A DNA stretch of 54,945 nt, taken from the NCBI RefSeq assembly GCF_001194135.2, contig NC_069003.1, forward strand, positions 30,551,885 to 30,606,829, given 5' to 3'. The position numbers and the translations under genes were made by a program. The first letter of the stretch is position 1; every line of letters begins with the position of its first letter. This document shows positions 13,700 to 25,683 of this stretch, piece by piece. Origin of the DNA: Octopus bimaculoides. Taxonomy: Eukaryota. The notes beneath the pieces are model-generated. The model was given only the letters and a program-made list of their open reading frames with translations. It ran no database searches and was not told the origin of the DNA.

Positions 13700-15078
13700 T
13701 CTCTCTCTGTTTGTTTCTGTTGTCTTTGTATGCATACACGCATACACATGGGAGACAGTGTGTGTGTGTGTGTGTGTAGATAGATGTGTGAGTGTAGGTA
13801 TAGACATATACACACACATATACACAAATGTCTGTCTGTCTGTCTCTGTCTCTCTCATGGCTTGTATTGTCTTCATACATCATTATTCTTCTTCTCCACT
13901 GCACTCTCTCTCTCTCTCTCATATTTGTCTCCTCCTCCCTCTCCTCTGCTTTTATTCATGAAGATGTCCCATTCTTACCCTCCCCCTCCCCCCCAACATC
14001 CAACTGATTTATAAAGTCTTTATTTTACCTTCATCCTTTCTATGNNNNNNNNNNNNNNNNNNNNNNNNNNNNNNNNNNNNNNNNNNNNNNNNNNNNNNNN
14101 NNNNNNNNNNNNNNNNNNNNNNNNNNNNNNNNNNNNNNNNNNNNNNNNNNNNNNNNNNNNNNNNNNNNNNNNNNNNNNNNNNNNNNNNNNNNNNNNNNNN
14201 NNNNNNNNNNNNNNNNNNNNNNNNNNNNNNNNNNNNNNNNNNNNNNNNNNNNNNNNNNNNNNNNNNNNNNNNNNNNNNNNNNNNNNNNNNNNNNNNNNNN
14301 NNNNNNNNNNNNNNNNNNNNNNNNNNNNNNNNNNNNNNNNNNNNNNNNNNNNNNNNNNNNNNNNNNNNNNNNNNNNNNNNNNNNNNNNNNNNNNNNNNNN
14401 NNNNNNNNNNNNNNNNNNNNNNNNNNNNNNNNNNNNNNNNNNNNNNNNNNNNNNNNNNNNNNNNNNNNNNNNNNNNNNNNNNNCAGAGTTAGGAGAGCTG
14501 CTGCATAGGGAACAGGATTGGCAGCAGCGAATGCACACACGCGCGTGTGCGTGCGTATACACGTATTAACAGAGAGGTTGGAAGAATGAATCCCCTGTGT
14601 CCAATAACAACCGCATCTCCTCTTCTGTCCCTGTTTGTGTCTCTTATAAGAAGGCAGTCCACACAACCTGAGAGATGCTGTGTGCCGTGTGAAACATTGA
14701 CCAATCTACTTCTACCGTTCATCATTACTCCCTATCCCATAACTAGGTCCCTAGTTCTGTTAAGACTAATATTAAACCGAGATAATTTTCCATTAGTCAA
14801 CTTGGGAATAATGGTATTTATTCTTTTGGCGTAGCTGTGTGGCAAGAAGTTTTGTTTTCAATTCATTTGGTCAGTCCCATATTAGGGCAAAGTATGTTCC
14901 ACTGTAGCCCTGACCCAGTGATAGTGGCTTCTGTAAGACTGAAACTGAAGTCAGTGAGCCGGCAGAATCGCTAGCACACCAGGCGAAATCTGTAGTGGTA
15001 TTTCGTCTGCCGCTACGTTCTGAGTTCAAATTCCGCTGAGGTCGACTTTGCCTTTCATCCTTTCAGGGTTGATTAAAT

Positions 15079-15378
15079 CAGGGGTTTTCAAACTTTTTGA
15101 CTTGCGGACCCCTTTATATTTCAGGCTTTACCTTAGGGGGACCCCCTTATAAACGCTTATGAAATTTATACATAAATATTTGCTTAAAATAACATATATT
15201 TTTACAGTTATTTATTTAACAGTATTTAACAAATAGGTTTATTGTCAATTAAAAAGATTTCGATTAAAAAACATATATAAAATCAAATTGCCCATAAAAA
15301 GTATTTGCTATCCACGGACCCCCAGTCTTGTCCTTGCGGACCCCCTGTGATCCACAGACCACAGTTTGAAATCCCCTG
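15079..15378. mobile_element. hAT (Charlie-like) MITE, 300 bp, inserted into a SINE
   Basis: 16-bp TIRs caggggttttcaaact / agtttgaaatcccctg (1 mismatch). Exact 8-bp TSD gattaaat at 15071-15078 and 15379-15386. Confidence 0.93.
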
Positions 15379-16341
15379 GATTAAATAAGTACCAGTTACG
15401 CACTGGGGTCGATGTAATCGGCGAATGAGATCAATAACCTATAAACACCGGATCCAGTTAACACTTGGCTTAAGAATTGCATTGCTCAGTACTATTTTAT
15501 CTTTTGTCTCTTACTTGTTTCAGTTATTGGACTGTGGCCATGCTGGGGCATCACTTTAAAGGGGTTTAGTTGAAGAAATTTACCCTTGTACTGTTTTTTA
15601 TATTTTATTTTTTTTTTAGTTAAAGCTTTTGTATTCTATCGGTGTCTCTCACCAAGCCACTAAGTTATGGAGATGTAAACAAACCAACACTGGTTGTCAA
15701 GTGGTGATTGAGACAAATTCAAATACAGACACACACACACACACACACATATATATACACGCACATATATATATATAAATTTTAGGCCTTGTGCCTATAG
15801 TAGAGTGCCATTGCCTGACAACCGATGCTGGTGTGTTTACGTTCCGGTCGCCTAGCAGTTCAGCAAAAAGAGAACGATAGAATAAGCAGTAGGCTTACAA
15901 AGAATAAGTCCTGAGGGGGTTGATTTATTCGACTAAAGGTGGTGCTCCAGGCTGGTCGCAGTCAAATGACTGAAGCAAGTAAAAAGAATAAAAGAATGCC
16001 AGGCAAAATGATTGGCAGTATTTCATTCCACCTTTACATTGTGAGTCCAAATTCCATGACTGGCTTTGCTATCCATCTTTTGGGGTCAATTGTTTAAGTA
16101 CCAGCAGAGTATAGGGATCAATGTAATCAACAACCCCACCCCTTAGAATTTCAGGCCTTGTGCCTAGTGTAGACAGGATTATTATAAATATACTGTTGTT
16201 GTGATTATGTTTGTTATTGTTATTTTCATTATTTTGTCTTCCTCGCCTCTTCTTCACTGGCAAGTTACCTTGCATTCTCCAAGACACCTCATTTTTGGAA
16301 AATTTCTATAATATTTCATCTGCTTTGTCTTTTAATTCTAG

Positions 16342-16397
16342 GCTCTGGATCCAGTATCACCAATCCAACATCAGCACTCGGCTATACTTCACAACAG
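16342..16397 (+). CDS. eya: Eya internal exon (56 nt), (G)SGSSITNPTSALGYTSQQ
   Basis: Acceptor ctgctttgtcttttaattctag|G and donor CAG|gtcagt. The phase-0 end joins the next exon as GYTSQQ|NLDAYSSY, comparable to the vertebrate EYA ...GFNSSQQDYPSY segment. All three frames are open, so the frame is inferred from the junction. Confidence 0.8.
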
Positions 16398-16446
16398 GTC
16401 AGTATATAAACAGAAAAAAATAACTCGTATAAATTGTTGTTTATTA

Positions 16447-16486
<40 letters not shown>

Positions 16487-16684
16487 GGTGGTGAGCTGGC
16501 AGAATCTTTAGCACACCAGGCAAAATGCTCGTCGACATTTTGTCTATCTTTACGTTCTGAGTTCCAATTCCACCAAGGTCGACTTTAGCCTTTTGTCCTT
16601 TTGGGGTTGATAAAATACGTACCTGTTAAATACTTGTGCCAAAATTTGAAAGTATTATTATTATTGTTATTATTATTATTATTA

Positions 16685-16721
<37 letters not shown>

Positions 16722-17101
16722 GACAGTGACCTGGCAGAAACACTCAACTGGTACTTATTCTATCAACCCCAAAAAGATGAAAGGCAAAGTTGACCTCAGC
16801 AGAATTTGAACTCAAAACATGAAGATGAACGAAATACTGCTAAGCATTTTGCCTGGTGTTCTAATGACTTCCAATTCGCCCCCTTCAATTTAAGTTCCAA
16901 CTAACATAGACGCTATAATTCTGAGAAAGTTGATGTGGACGTGTTTGACATTCATGTTGCATCGGTACATGAGTTGTGGTTTGATAGGAACACAGTGCTA
17001 TCTTAACCTATTATTTTGTTTGTCCTTATACCCCTCTGGATCTTTCCACTGCCCCCAAGGGGAGGTAGAGGGCAGTACTGCCCACTTAGGGAATCACTGG
17101 G

Positions 17102-17330
17102 TTAATCCTTTCGTTACTGTATTTATTTTGAGATGCTCTGTATTTCTTTCAATTTCTTTAAATATAACAAAGAATTTAGTAAAATAACTTAGTTATCATT
17201 CAGCTAGTGTTAGGAACATAAATTGTGACTAAGGTTTGGTGGAAGATTTTAATTCCAAACTTATGAAAACAAGACATTTGTAATACAGAGCCAGAGCTGG
17301 TTTCAGCAGGGTTGGTATCGAAAGGATTAA
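17102..17330. mobile_element. TTAA-flanked (piggyBac/Kolobok-like) MITE
   Basis: TTAA-tcctttcgttact ... ggtatcgaaagga-TTAA. The right end of a second copy lies at 17596-17645, after the gap. Confidence 0.8.
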
Positions 17331-18339
17331 ATAGTTCCCTAGTAGAGAGTTAATGATTGCCAAGAATGTTTACAAAAAATTTGGCTGCTATTTTTAGCAG
17401 TCAAGTGACTGTAAAGAAATTTCATTATGNNNNNNNNNNNNNNNNNNNNNNNNNNNNNNNNNNNNNNNNNNNNNNNNNNNNNNNNNNNNNNNNNNNNNNN
17501 NNNNNNNNNNNNNNNNNNNNNNNNNNNNNNNNNNNNNNNNNNNNNNNNNNNNNNNNNNNNNNNNNNNNNNNNNNNNNNNNNNNNNNNNNNNNNTTGTACT
17601 CGGAGTCAGAGCCGGTTTCAGCCGGGTTGGTAACGAAAGGGTTAAACTGGGAGTTGTGGTTTGATAACACGATGCAGTCCTAATGAATCCTGCCATACCA
17701 TCCAGCCAATTCCAGTATGGAACATGGAATTTAAATGATGAGGATGATAGTATAACCACATCTATGCTTGCCTGTCAAAGAAGTTCATTGCTAAAGAGGA
17801 GCGGTATAGCACTTAAGATATTACAGCCAGTTAGGTAGACAACAACTTTGGTAGTTGAAGTGTCTTGGTTGGTTCCAGGCATTATCTGTAGAGCCAGTGG
17901 TCAACTACAAAGTACCACCTACAAAGTACCAACTACAAAGTACCACTCTGCCAACTTGACCCTCTTTGGTCTCATTAAAGTTGCAGAGGTCGCTATTAAT
18001 TAAGACATTGGTGGAAGTACATGTGGCTACTTCTACAACTTTAATAGCCAAGAATTTTTTTGTCCTTACATGTTTTTAATTGATATTAGCCCTTGTGGCC
18101 AATAAGACGAATTAATTATTATTATTGTTGTTGTTATAAAGGTGGCAAGCTGACAGAATGGTTAGCACGCCTAGCAAAATACTTAGCGGCAATTCTTCCA
18201 TCTTTATGTTCTGAGTTCAAATTTCGTCGAGGTTCATTTTGCCTTTCATCTTTTTGGGGTCGATAAAATAAGTACCAGTTAAGTACTGGGTTCAATGTAA
18301 TTGACTTACCTCTCCTCCAAAACTGTGCCAAAATTTGAA

Positions 18340-18389
<50 letters not shown>

Positions 18390-18539
18390 TTATTAATATT
18401 ATTAGTTTGATCTCTTCAAAATTTTCTTCTCTTTCTGAATGTTCAGAATTCTATCTCTGTCAATTCCGTTTTACTTTTTTCTTGTTTCTCATTATTTATT
18501 ATTATTATTATTATTACTGTTGTTGTTTTTTTCTTCTAG

Positions 18540-18696
18540 AATTTAGATGCTTATTCTTCATACCAAGGGTACCAGCCCAGCTATTACGGTGGCTATGGGT
18601 TCATAAGCAACCAGTCCGTAGTGGGTGTGACGACACCAACAACAGTGCCTTCAAACACACCCACTTACCAGCTGGTGGAGTTACCACAACCTCAGA
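18540..18696 (+). CDS. eya: Eya internal exon (157 nt), Tyr/Gly/Thr-rich transactivation region NLDAYSSYQGYQPSYYGGYG...TPTYQLVELPQPQ
   Basis: Acceptor gttttttttcttctag|A and donor CAGA|gtaagt. TYQLVELP matches the conserved EYA motif TYQLQEP. Ends in phase 1. Confidence 0.93.
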
Positions 18697-18889
18697 GTAA
18701 GTATCAATACATACACACACGTTATGTATATTATATACATTATATATATTATGTGTATGTTATATATATAATGTTTATATGTTATATACTGTATATTATA
18801 TAAATAAGGATAAGATCGGTATATAAAAATATCGATCTTATCAAGTGGCCAGCATGGGAATAAAAACCATCAAAGGTAACAATTATTTA

Positions 18890-19076
18890 AAATTATAATT
18901 TAGGGTATCTGAGAGATACTGCCACGCTGAAAATAGCAGTCAAATCTTGACTCTAAACCACAATAAATGGTCTTCGTCTTCGCTCTTTCTGCTATATGAA
19001 CATTTATTGTGGTTTAGAGTCAAGATTTGACTGCTATTTTCAGTGTGGCGGTATCTTTTAGATACCCTATATTATA

Positions 19077-19080
<4 letters not shown>
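18890..19080. repeat. Long inverted repeat: 80-bp arms (18890-18969 / 19001-19080), 31-nt spacer
   Basis: 75/80 identity counted base by base; the inner 43 bp are perfect. Confidence 0.97.

Positions 19081-19145
<65 letters not shown>
19078..19145. repeat. (TA)n microsatellite; one of dozens of (TA), (CA), (GA), (ATT) and (CAT) tracts in the window
   Basis: Directly visible. Confidence 0.97.
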
Positions 19146-19155
<10 letters not shown>

Positions 19156-19260
19156 ATGTACATGTCCATGTTACATATATTATCTAGTTATTTATTATAT
19201 ACATTTTGTGTATGTGTGTGTATAATTACATATTGGATTATTTGTTAATTAGTGTATATG

Positions 19261-19303
19261 TATCACAGATGTAGTTGTTTGTGAAATAACTACATCTGTG
19301 ATA
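19261..19303. repeat. 20-bp-arm palindromic hairpin with 3-nt loop
   Basis: tatcacagatgtagttgttt-gtg-aaataactacatctgtgata, 19/20 identity. Confidence 0.95.
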
Positions 19304-19542
19304 AAGTAGTAAAGGAGAGGGGGGGGGCGGACAGAGATTTGACTCCCTACTGTTTTGTAGTTTGTATGTTTAATTTAAAAAAAAAGGATTAATTAATGGT
19401 TGTGTTTTTCCCATGTTGGAGTATTGCTGGAATACATTTTACGTTGTGTGTGTGTGTGTGTATTTAAAAGATGTGAAATTGCTTTAAATGGGAGAGAGAG
19501 CTAGAGTAAGGGAGCTTAGCTAAATGATTTATGCGGTTCTGT

Positions 19543-20425
19543 TTAACCTTTTAATTGTGAAATTAAATTTCATGGTTATTCGAGGGATGGTGTTTAATAT
19601 CTACCAAAAAAAAAAAAATTAGAATTGGTATTTTCTGCAAGACACATTGCTTCAGTAAACCTGGCATATCTTGACATAACAGAAAATAATTTCAAATACG
19701 ACATTCTTCAACAAGCAACAGAATGGTACTCAAAATTGCCTTCTGCAGTTAAAGATATTCGGAGTGGATATATCTGGTTTCCATCATAAAAGGGGAATAA
19801 AACAATTTGAAATTGTCTTTAAGCATCAATAAGTACCAATCTAGAATTGAGGGTGGGACAATTTAACCATTTAACTGCAAAATTAAATTTCATTGTTTTC
19901 GGAATGATGTTAAATATCGCCCAAAAAAATAGAATTGGTGTTTTCTGTAAGTCTCTTTGCCTTTGTAAACTTGATATATCTCAACAGAAAATAGTTTCAA
20001 ACATGACATTCCTTAAGAAAAGTTAGTTTGGTCTTTAAAATTGCTTTCTGCAGTTAAGGGCAATGAAATTTCAACTAGATATGTCTGGTTTCTGCAGTAA
20101 AAAGGTTAAAATAAAAATAGGTGACATTGGATAATGTGGTCCTGAATTCAGTGTGCCAGGAAAAAGGTAAGACAATCATGGGTGATCATAGGTTCAGCAA
20201 GGTCCCTTAGTTTTTACGCTGCCAAATCAAATTTAACATCATTATTCCAGTATTGATGTTAAATATCTACCTTAGAAATAGAGTTAGAATTTTCTGCAAG
20301 TCATGTTGCCTCAATTAACTTGACATATCTCAACAAAAAATAGTTTTAAACATGATATTCCTCAACAAAAGCTAGATTGGTATATGAAATTACTTTCTGC
20401 AGTTTAAGGGCAATGAAATTTTAAG
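19543..20425 (+). mobile_element. Three diverged, directly oriented copies of a ~250-bp TTAA-type MITE (~19543-19800, 19863-20109, ~20215-20425)
   Basis: Shared core aattaaatttcat...aatatc...agaattgg..ttttctg.aag...aaattgc.ttctgcagttaa. The middle copy has TIRs ttaaccatttaactgc / gcagtaaaaaggttaa. Confidence 0.75.
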
Positions 20426-20794
20426 TGGGTTTTGTTATTGGGGGCCATGCTGAGAGTTCTTGCAATATTTCTGTGTTCTCTGTATGTGTGTAAGAAAAAT
20501 CGTAGTGGCAATAGGAGTTGGTAATTTCAGTCTTGTTGATGTTTTACTCTTGTTTTATTGAATTTCTCTAGTAACGTGATGAATATCGAGCAATATCTTT
20601 TCTGTCATGCTACAGCACTCACTGTCCCTAAATTCGATTCTGCATGTCTGTGTGCATGCACGTGTGTAAATACATGCGTGAGAGGCAATATTCTTGTGTT
20701 CATACTTATTAGTTCGCTATCGTCTTCTAACTGTTCGGATCACGGCCATACTACAGCAGTATCTTAATATATTCACTTATTAACTTGTGCCATG

Positions 20795-20970
20795 TTTTTC
20801 AGCTTACAAGTCATTCTAGCATTCAGGCATAAACATCCAATCATCATGCTTATCTTTCCAAACCCTGCTGCAGTTCACCGTGGAATCTTAGGTTTTCCAA
20901 AGTCATCTCGGAGTATAAGTCAATGTTCTTTTTTGGCTGTAAATTTCGGTATGAAACCAAGTTGTATATA
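20795..20970. mobile_element. Degenerate copy of the same Tc2/pogo-like MITE family
   Basis: tatctttccaaaccctgctgca...ggctgtaaatttcggtatgaaa aligns by eye with 40670-40780. Confidence 0.55.
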
Positions 20971-22738
20971 TATATATATATATATATATNNNNNNNNNNN
21001 NNNNNNNNNNNNNNNNNNNNNNNNNNNNNNNNNNNNNNNNNNNNNNNNNNNNNNNNNNNNNNNNNNNNNNNNNNNNNNNNNNNNNNNNNNNNNNNNNNNN
21101 NNNNNNNNNNNNNNNNNNNNNNNNNNNNNNNNNNNNNNNNNNNNNNNNNNNNNNNNNNNNNNNNNNNNNNNNNNNNNNNNNNNNNNNNNNNNNNNNNNNN
21201 NNNNNNNNNNNNNNNNNNNNNNNNNNNNNNNNNNNNNNNNNNNNNNNNNNNNNNNNNNNNNNNNNNNNNNNNNNNNNNNNNNNNNNNNNNNNNNNNNNNN
21301 NNNNNNNNNNNNNNNNNNNNNNNNNNNNNNNNNNNNNNNNNNNNNNNNNNNNNNNNNNNNNNNNNNNNNNNNNNNNNNNNNNNNNNNNNNNNNNNNNNNN
21401 NNNNNNATATAAAGATCCTATATATACGTATGTGTGTGTGTGTATGGCCATGTGTGTGCGTATGTATGCATTGGTATATGTATGCGTGTATTATATGTGT
21501 GTGTATGAATGTCTTTCAATATGCATATCTATGAGTATATATTTCTGTGTTCATGCGTTTGATGTATATATTATATTTTATGTATATACGGATCATCATT
21601 GTCGTCGTCAATATATTTATCATCATCGACCCCAGTGCTCAACTAGTGTCAGAATCGTTAGCACATCAGGCAAAATGCTTAGGGGCATGTCCTTACGTTC
21701 CGAGTTCAAATTCCACTCAGGTCTGACTTTGCCTTTCATCCTTTCCCCGGATTGATAAAATAAACACTAGTTGAGCACTTAGGCCCCTCCCTTCAAATTT
21801 CAGGCCTTGTGCCTATAGCAGAAATGGTTATCATCATTATTAACTCCTGCAAGGGGAAAGAGATTGTGAGGTGTTGAATAAAATGAATTACCTGCAAAGA
21901 GGGAGTAAAAAAAATTTTTTTTTAATTTTGCCAAGAGTAAGGGATGGTAGGGCCTGAGTTAATGATGATGCTGTCAGTGGTGGTTATGGTGATGACGATG
22001 GGGTACCAGGATGAAGGGGACTGTGGTGATGATGAACTGTTTTGATGGAGATGAGTGAGGCTGGTGTTTCTGATGAAAATGCAGAAGGTGGTGATGGTGG
22101 CTTGGAGTAGAGAGAGAGAGAGAGAGAGAGAGATGCTTATTGCTTTGAGATAATGATGGATGTTGGTTGGCAGTGGTGGAGGAGAGGCTGCATCATGGAG
22201 AAATCCATGAGATAAGGGAGGGATAGAAAGGGCTGGATGCTTGTTGCTTTGAAGAGCATGTATGGTGTTTGTAGATGATGTGGTGGTGGTGGTAGTGGTG
22301 GTGGAGGAGGTTCAGTGGTGTTGTAGATAAATATTCTGGCTTGGTTTGGTTTGGTTTGGTTTAGTTTGCTTTGTGGGTTGAAGAAGGGGAGTGGAGGGTG
22401 GAGAAGAGTAGAAACTGGATCATTGTGAAAGATAGAGAGAGAGAGACAGAGAGAAAGAGAGAGAGATGAAAGATAAATAAATATAGCCTCGAACCCCTTC
22501 CTCTTCAACCACCACCACCACCTCCCTTCTTTGTTCCTATGAGCTGAAGGGGAACAGCTTCTAACCTTTTGTGCCATTAATCTTCCACTGACCTCTGTCA
22601 CCCTTCCCTTATTGTCAAATAAGGAGGAAATAGAGAAAGAGAGAGAGAGAGAGAGTTGCAGTGAGAGGTAGAAGTAGGAGATACTGTCAGCAGGTGATTT
22701 ATTCTTGCTGTAGTAATAATCTCTCTTTGTCTACCCCC

Positions 22739-22788
<50 letters not shown>

Positions 22789-24492
22789 GTCACTTTTTCT
22801 CTCTTCCTCCCTTTCTCATACATATATTTCATGATTGGTTTCTCATGTATTTTTTTTTTCTTTCTTTCTGAATTACTGAGGCAAAAATTACTCAGGGGTG
22901 ACTGTTGCATGGAAACTTGGTAGCAAAGTGTGAGTGTGTGTGTGTGTGAGACAAAAACAGATAAATTGTCTCAGATTTAAAAAATGCACAATAAGACAAG
23001 AGTGAGGGGAGGAGGAAATGAATGAATGAGAGAATTTGTAGTATTCCATCCACCACAGGAGTGGCTGTGTGGTAAGAAGCTTGCTTAGCAACCAATTTGG
23101 TTATGGGTTCAGTCCCACTGCATGGTACCTTGGGCAAGTGCTGTCTACTTGCCTTAGACTGACCAAAAGCCTTGTGGGTGGATTTGGTTGACGGAAACTG
23201 AAAGAAGCCTAGTCATGAGGTCAATTTGTTCAGCTAAAAAAAAACCTTCAAGGTGGTGCTCCAGCATTGCCACAGTCAAGTGACTGAAACAAGTACAAGA
23301 ATAAAAGGATCACAAGTTCATTTAAAGATTGACTTAGACACTATGGTCTTAAAAGGAACTTTTTGTGCAGTTCAGTAAGCAGTTGGGCCGGGCCATGTGT
23401 GTTGTGTTCTTGAGCAAGACACTTTATTTCACATTGCTCCAATTCACTCATCTGTAGAAATGAGTTGTGATGTCACTGGTGCCAAGCTGTATCGGCCCCT
23501 TTGCCTTTCCCTTTACAACATCAATTACATGGAGAAGGGAGGCTGGTATGCATGGATGACTGCTGGTCTCCCATAAACAACCTTGCCCTGATTTGTGCCT
23601 CAGAGGGGAGCTTTTTAGGTGCAATCCTATGGTCATTCTTGACCGAAAAGGAGTCTTAACCTTAGTAAGTAGTCATGGACTGGTTTTATAGCTTATGTGA
23701 ACGTAAGAGAGAGGGGAGAGAGTGCGAGTGAGCGGAATGCATGTGTCATCTCCCATAGTGTAGTAATGTAGTTAAGTCAATGACCGTTTCAGTTCATTTG
23801 TGTTGCTGTTCTCAGTGCTGACAAAGTTTAACTGTGTCAATCAACAGCTGATATTGAATATAACAACTGGTATGAAAGCTTAATTGCATCTCCCTTCTCT
23901 ACTCATTTGTCTGCTTCTTTGTCTACTGTTCTTCTCTGCCTTACTGCTTGAAGTTATCAAAGGGTTGAATGATCACTGTCATTAACCTTGACTGGCCAGT
24001 TTTATGCTGATGTCATCACTTGATTTATTTCGTAGTTACTGAGTATAATTAGTTGGCTTTTCTTTAGGGTGTAGAAAGGGCTATTTTTCAGGCATCTTCA
24101 GCATTCTGTGGTTTTGTTTCTTTTGAAATTGTGCAAGTTACCTTGGCCATAAATGTGCTCTACTGCTTTTAGTGTGTTGGCGTCTTGTCTCCTGAAGACA
24201 AGGCAGCGTGAGAACTGTGCTGATGATGTCTATTGAGGCCAAAATATGTGTCCACTGTTGCCTGCTCTTTTACTTAGTGGCATTCCTCTTTTGGAGAATT
24301 ATTGAGTCTTGTGATTATCTCTCCACTCTTTCGAAGTTGATGCCAGTTGCCAACGAGCCCTTGTTGTTTTACTGTTTGGAAATGGAAATAATTTCAGTAA
24401 ATCAAGAATTTATCTAGCATGGTGTTTAATATAATTCTATTTATTTTCGTTGCTACAATGGCACAGGTATTCTCTTAGCTCTTTTGCATACT

Positions 24493-24539
<47 letters not shown>

Positions 24540-25460
24540 ATNNNNNNNNNNTATGTGTGTGTGTGTATAAAGGATAAATGATCCTTCTTGAAGGGCCAGT
24601 TTCCATGGCAAATATATTCTCTTCTGGATGGGATCCCAGTTTGTTGCAGGATTTGAGGCAATATTTTCACATCTTGATACCTTGTCTCTCTGTCTCTCTC
24701 TAACCTTCATTGATTTATTTCGTAGTTACTGAGTATAATTAGTTAGCTTTTCTTTAGGGTGTAGTAATGAGAACTCTTCATCTCTGACCTCTCTGAAGGT
24801 GCAAAGGGAGATGCGGATATGGTGACAGGAAAAGACAACAATGTTGCCACTTGTTGATCAGTGATTTTCAGAGAAACACAAATATAAACACATACACACA
24901 CACAAACACACAATGGGCTTCTTTCAGTTTCCATGTGCTAAATCTATTCATAAGGCTTTTGTCAGCCAGGATTACAGAAAAAGAGACTTGACCCTGGTGC
25001 CATGCAGAGAGGCAGAACCAGAAACCATATGGCTGGGGGGACAAACTTCTTGACCACTGACCAGGCTTTAAAAAATTACAAAAAAAAAAAAACACAGTAC
25101 TGGGGTCAGGGGAATTTATTTGTCCAAACCCCATCAATGCAGTGCCCTTGCATGGCTGCAGTCCAATGACTGGAACAAATATAATAAAAGATATAAACGA
25201 TCCGATTTATTTGATAATTAAAATTCAGCTTGTTACAATGTTATCATTATGTGTAACAAGCTATGACAAACAGCGCATGTGTGTGTGTGTGGTGTGTAGT
25301 AAATAAACTCCTGATCTTTTCTTTAACGAAGGCACCATGCCAAACTTTAAAGCAAAATAATTTTAATGATATTAAAATAATATTTAACTTGGAGAATAAA
25401 CAATTTGTATGTTTATATATAATACAGATGTTTGTGCAATTTCTGCTGTATGTGTATATA

Positions 25461-25683
25461 CACGAGGAGGTGCTGAAATATTCTTGGCTTTATGTAGGGT
25501 ATTGTGAAAGGCCTGGTTGGAGATGCAACCTTCCAGGTTCTTTTACAGGGCTTAGAAAAACTGAAGGGCCACTTTAATAAGTGTGTGACTTTGAGAGAGG
25601 AATATGTTGAATAAAATCATAATTAACTGATCCTCCTGTATTTTCTTTTACCTTAAGCCAGGAACTTTTCTGCAACCCTCGTG
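25461..25683 (+). mobile_element. Mariner-derived MITE (TIRs plus transposase 3' remnant)
   Basis: About 28-bp imperfect TIRs acgaggaggtgctgaaatattcttggct / agccaggaacttttctgcaaccctcgt. The interior resembles the mariner C-terminal ...KCVTLRGEYVE* region. Confidence 0.8.

Noticed and set aside
14489-14725. - strand ORF containing VVIGHRGF, resembling the GDPD 'HRG' motif
   Set aside because: No other GDPD motif or partner exon, no good donor, and it is antisense inside eya. Treated as chance.
23880-24420. Protein-like fragments on the - strand (e.g. KAVEHIYGQGNLHNFKR)
   Set aside because: Multiple stops and no recognisable motif. Possibly a very old retroelement, but not supportable from the sequence alone.
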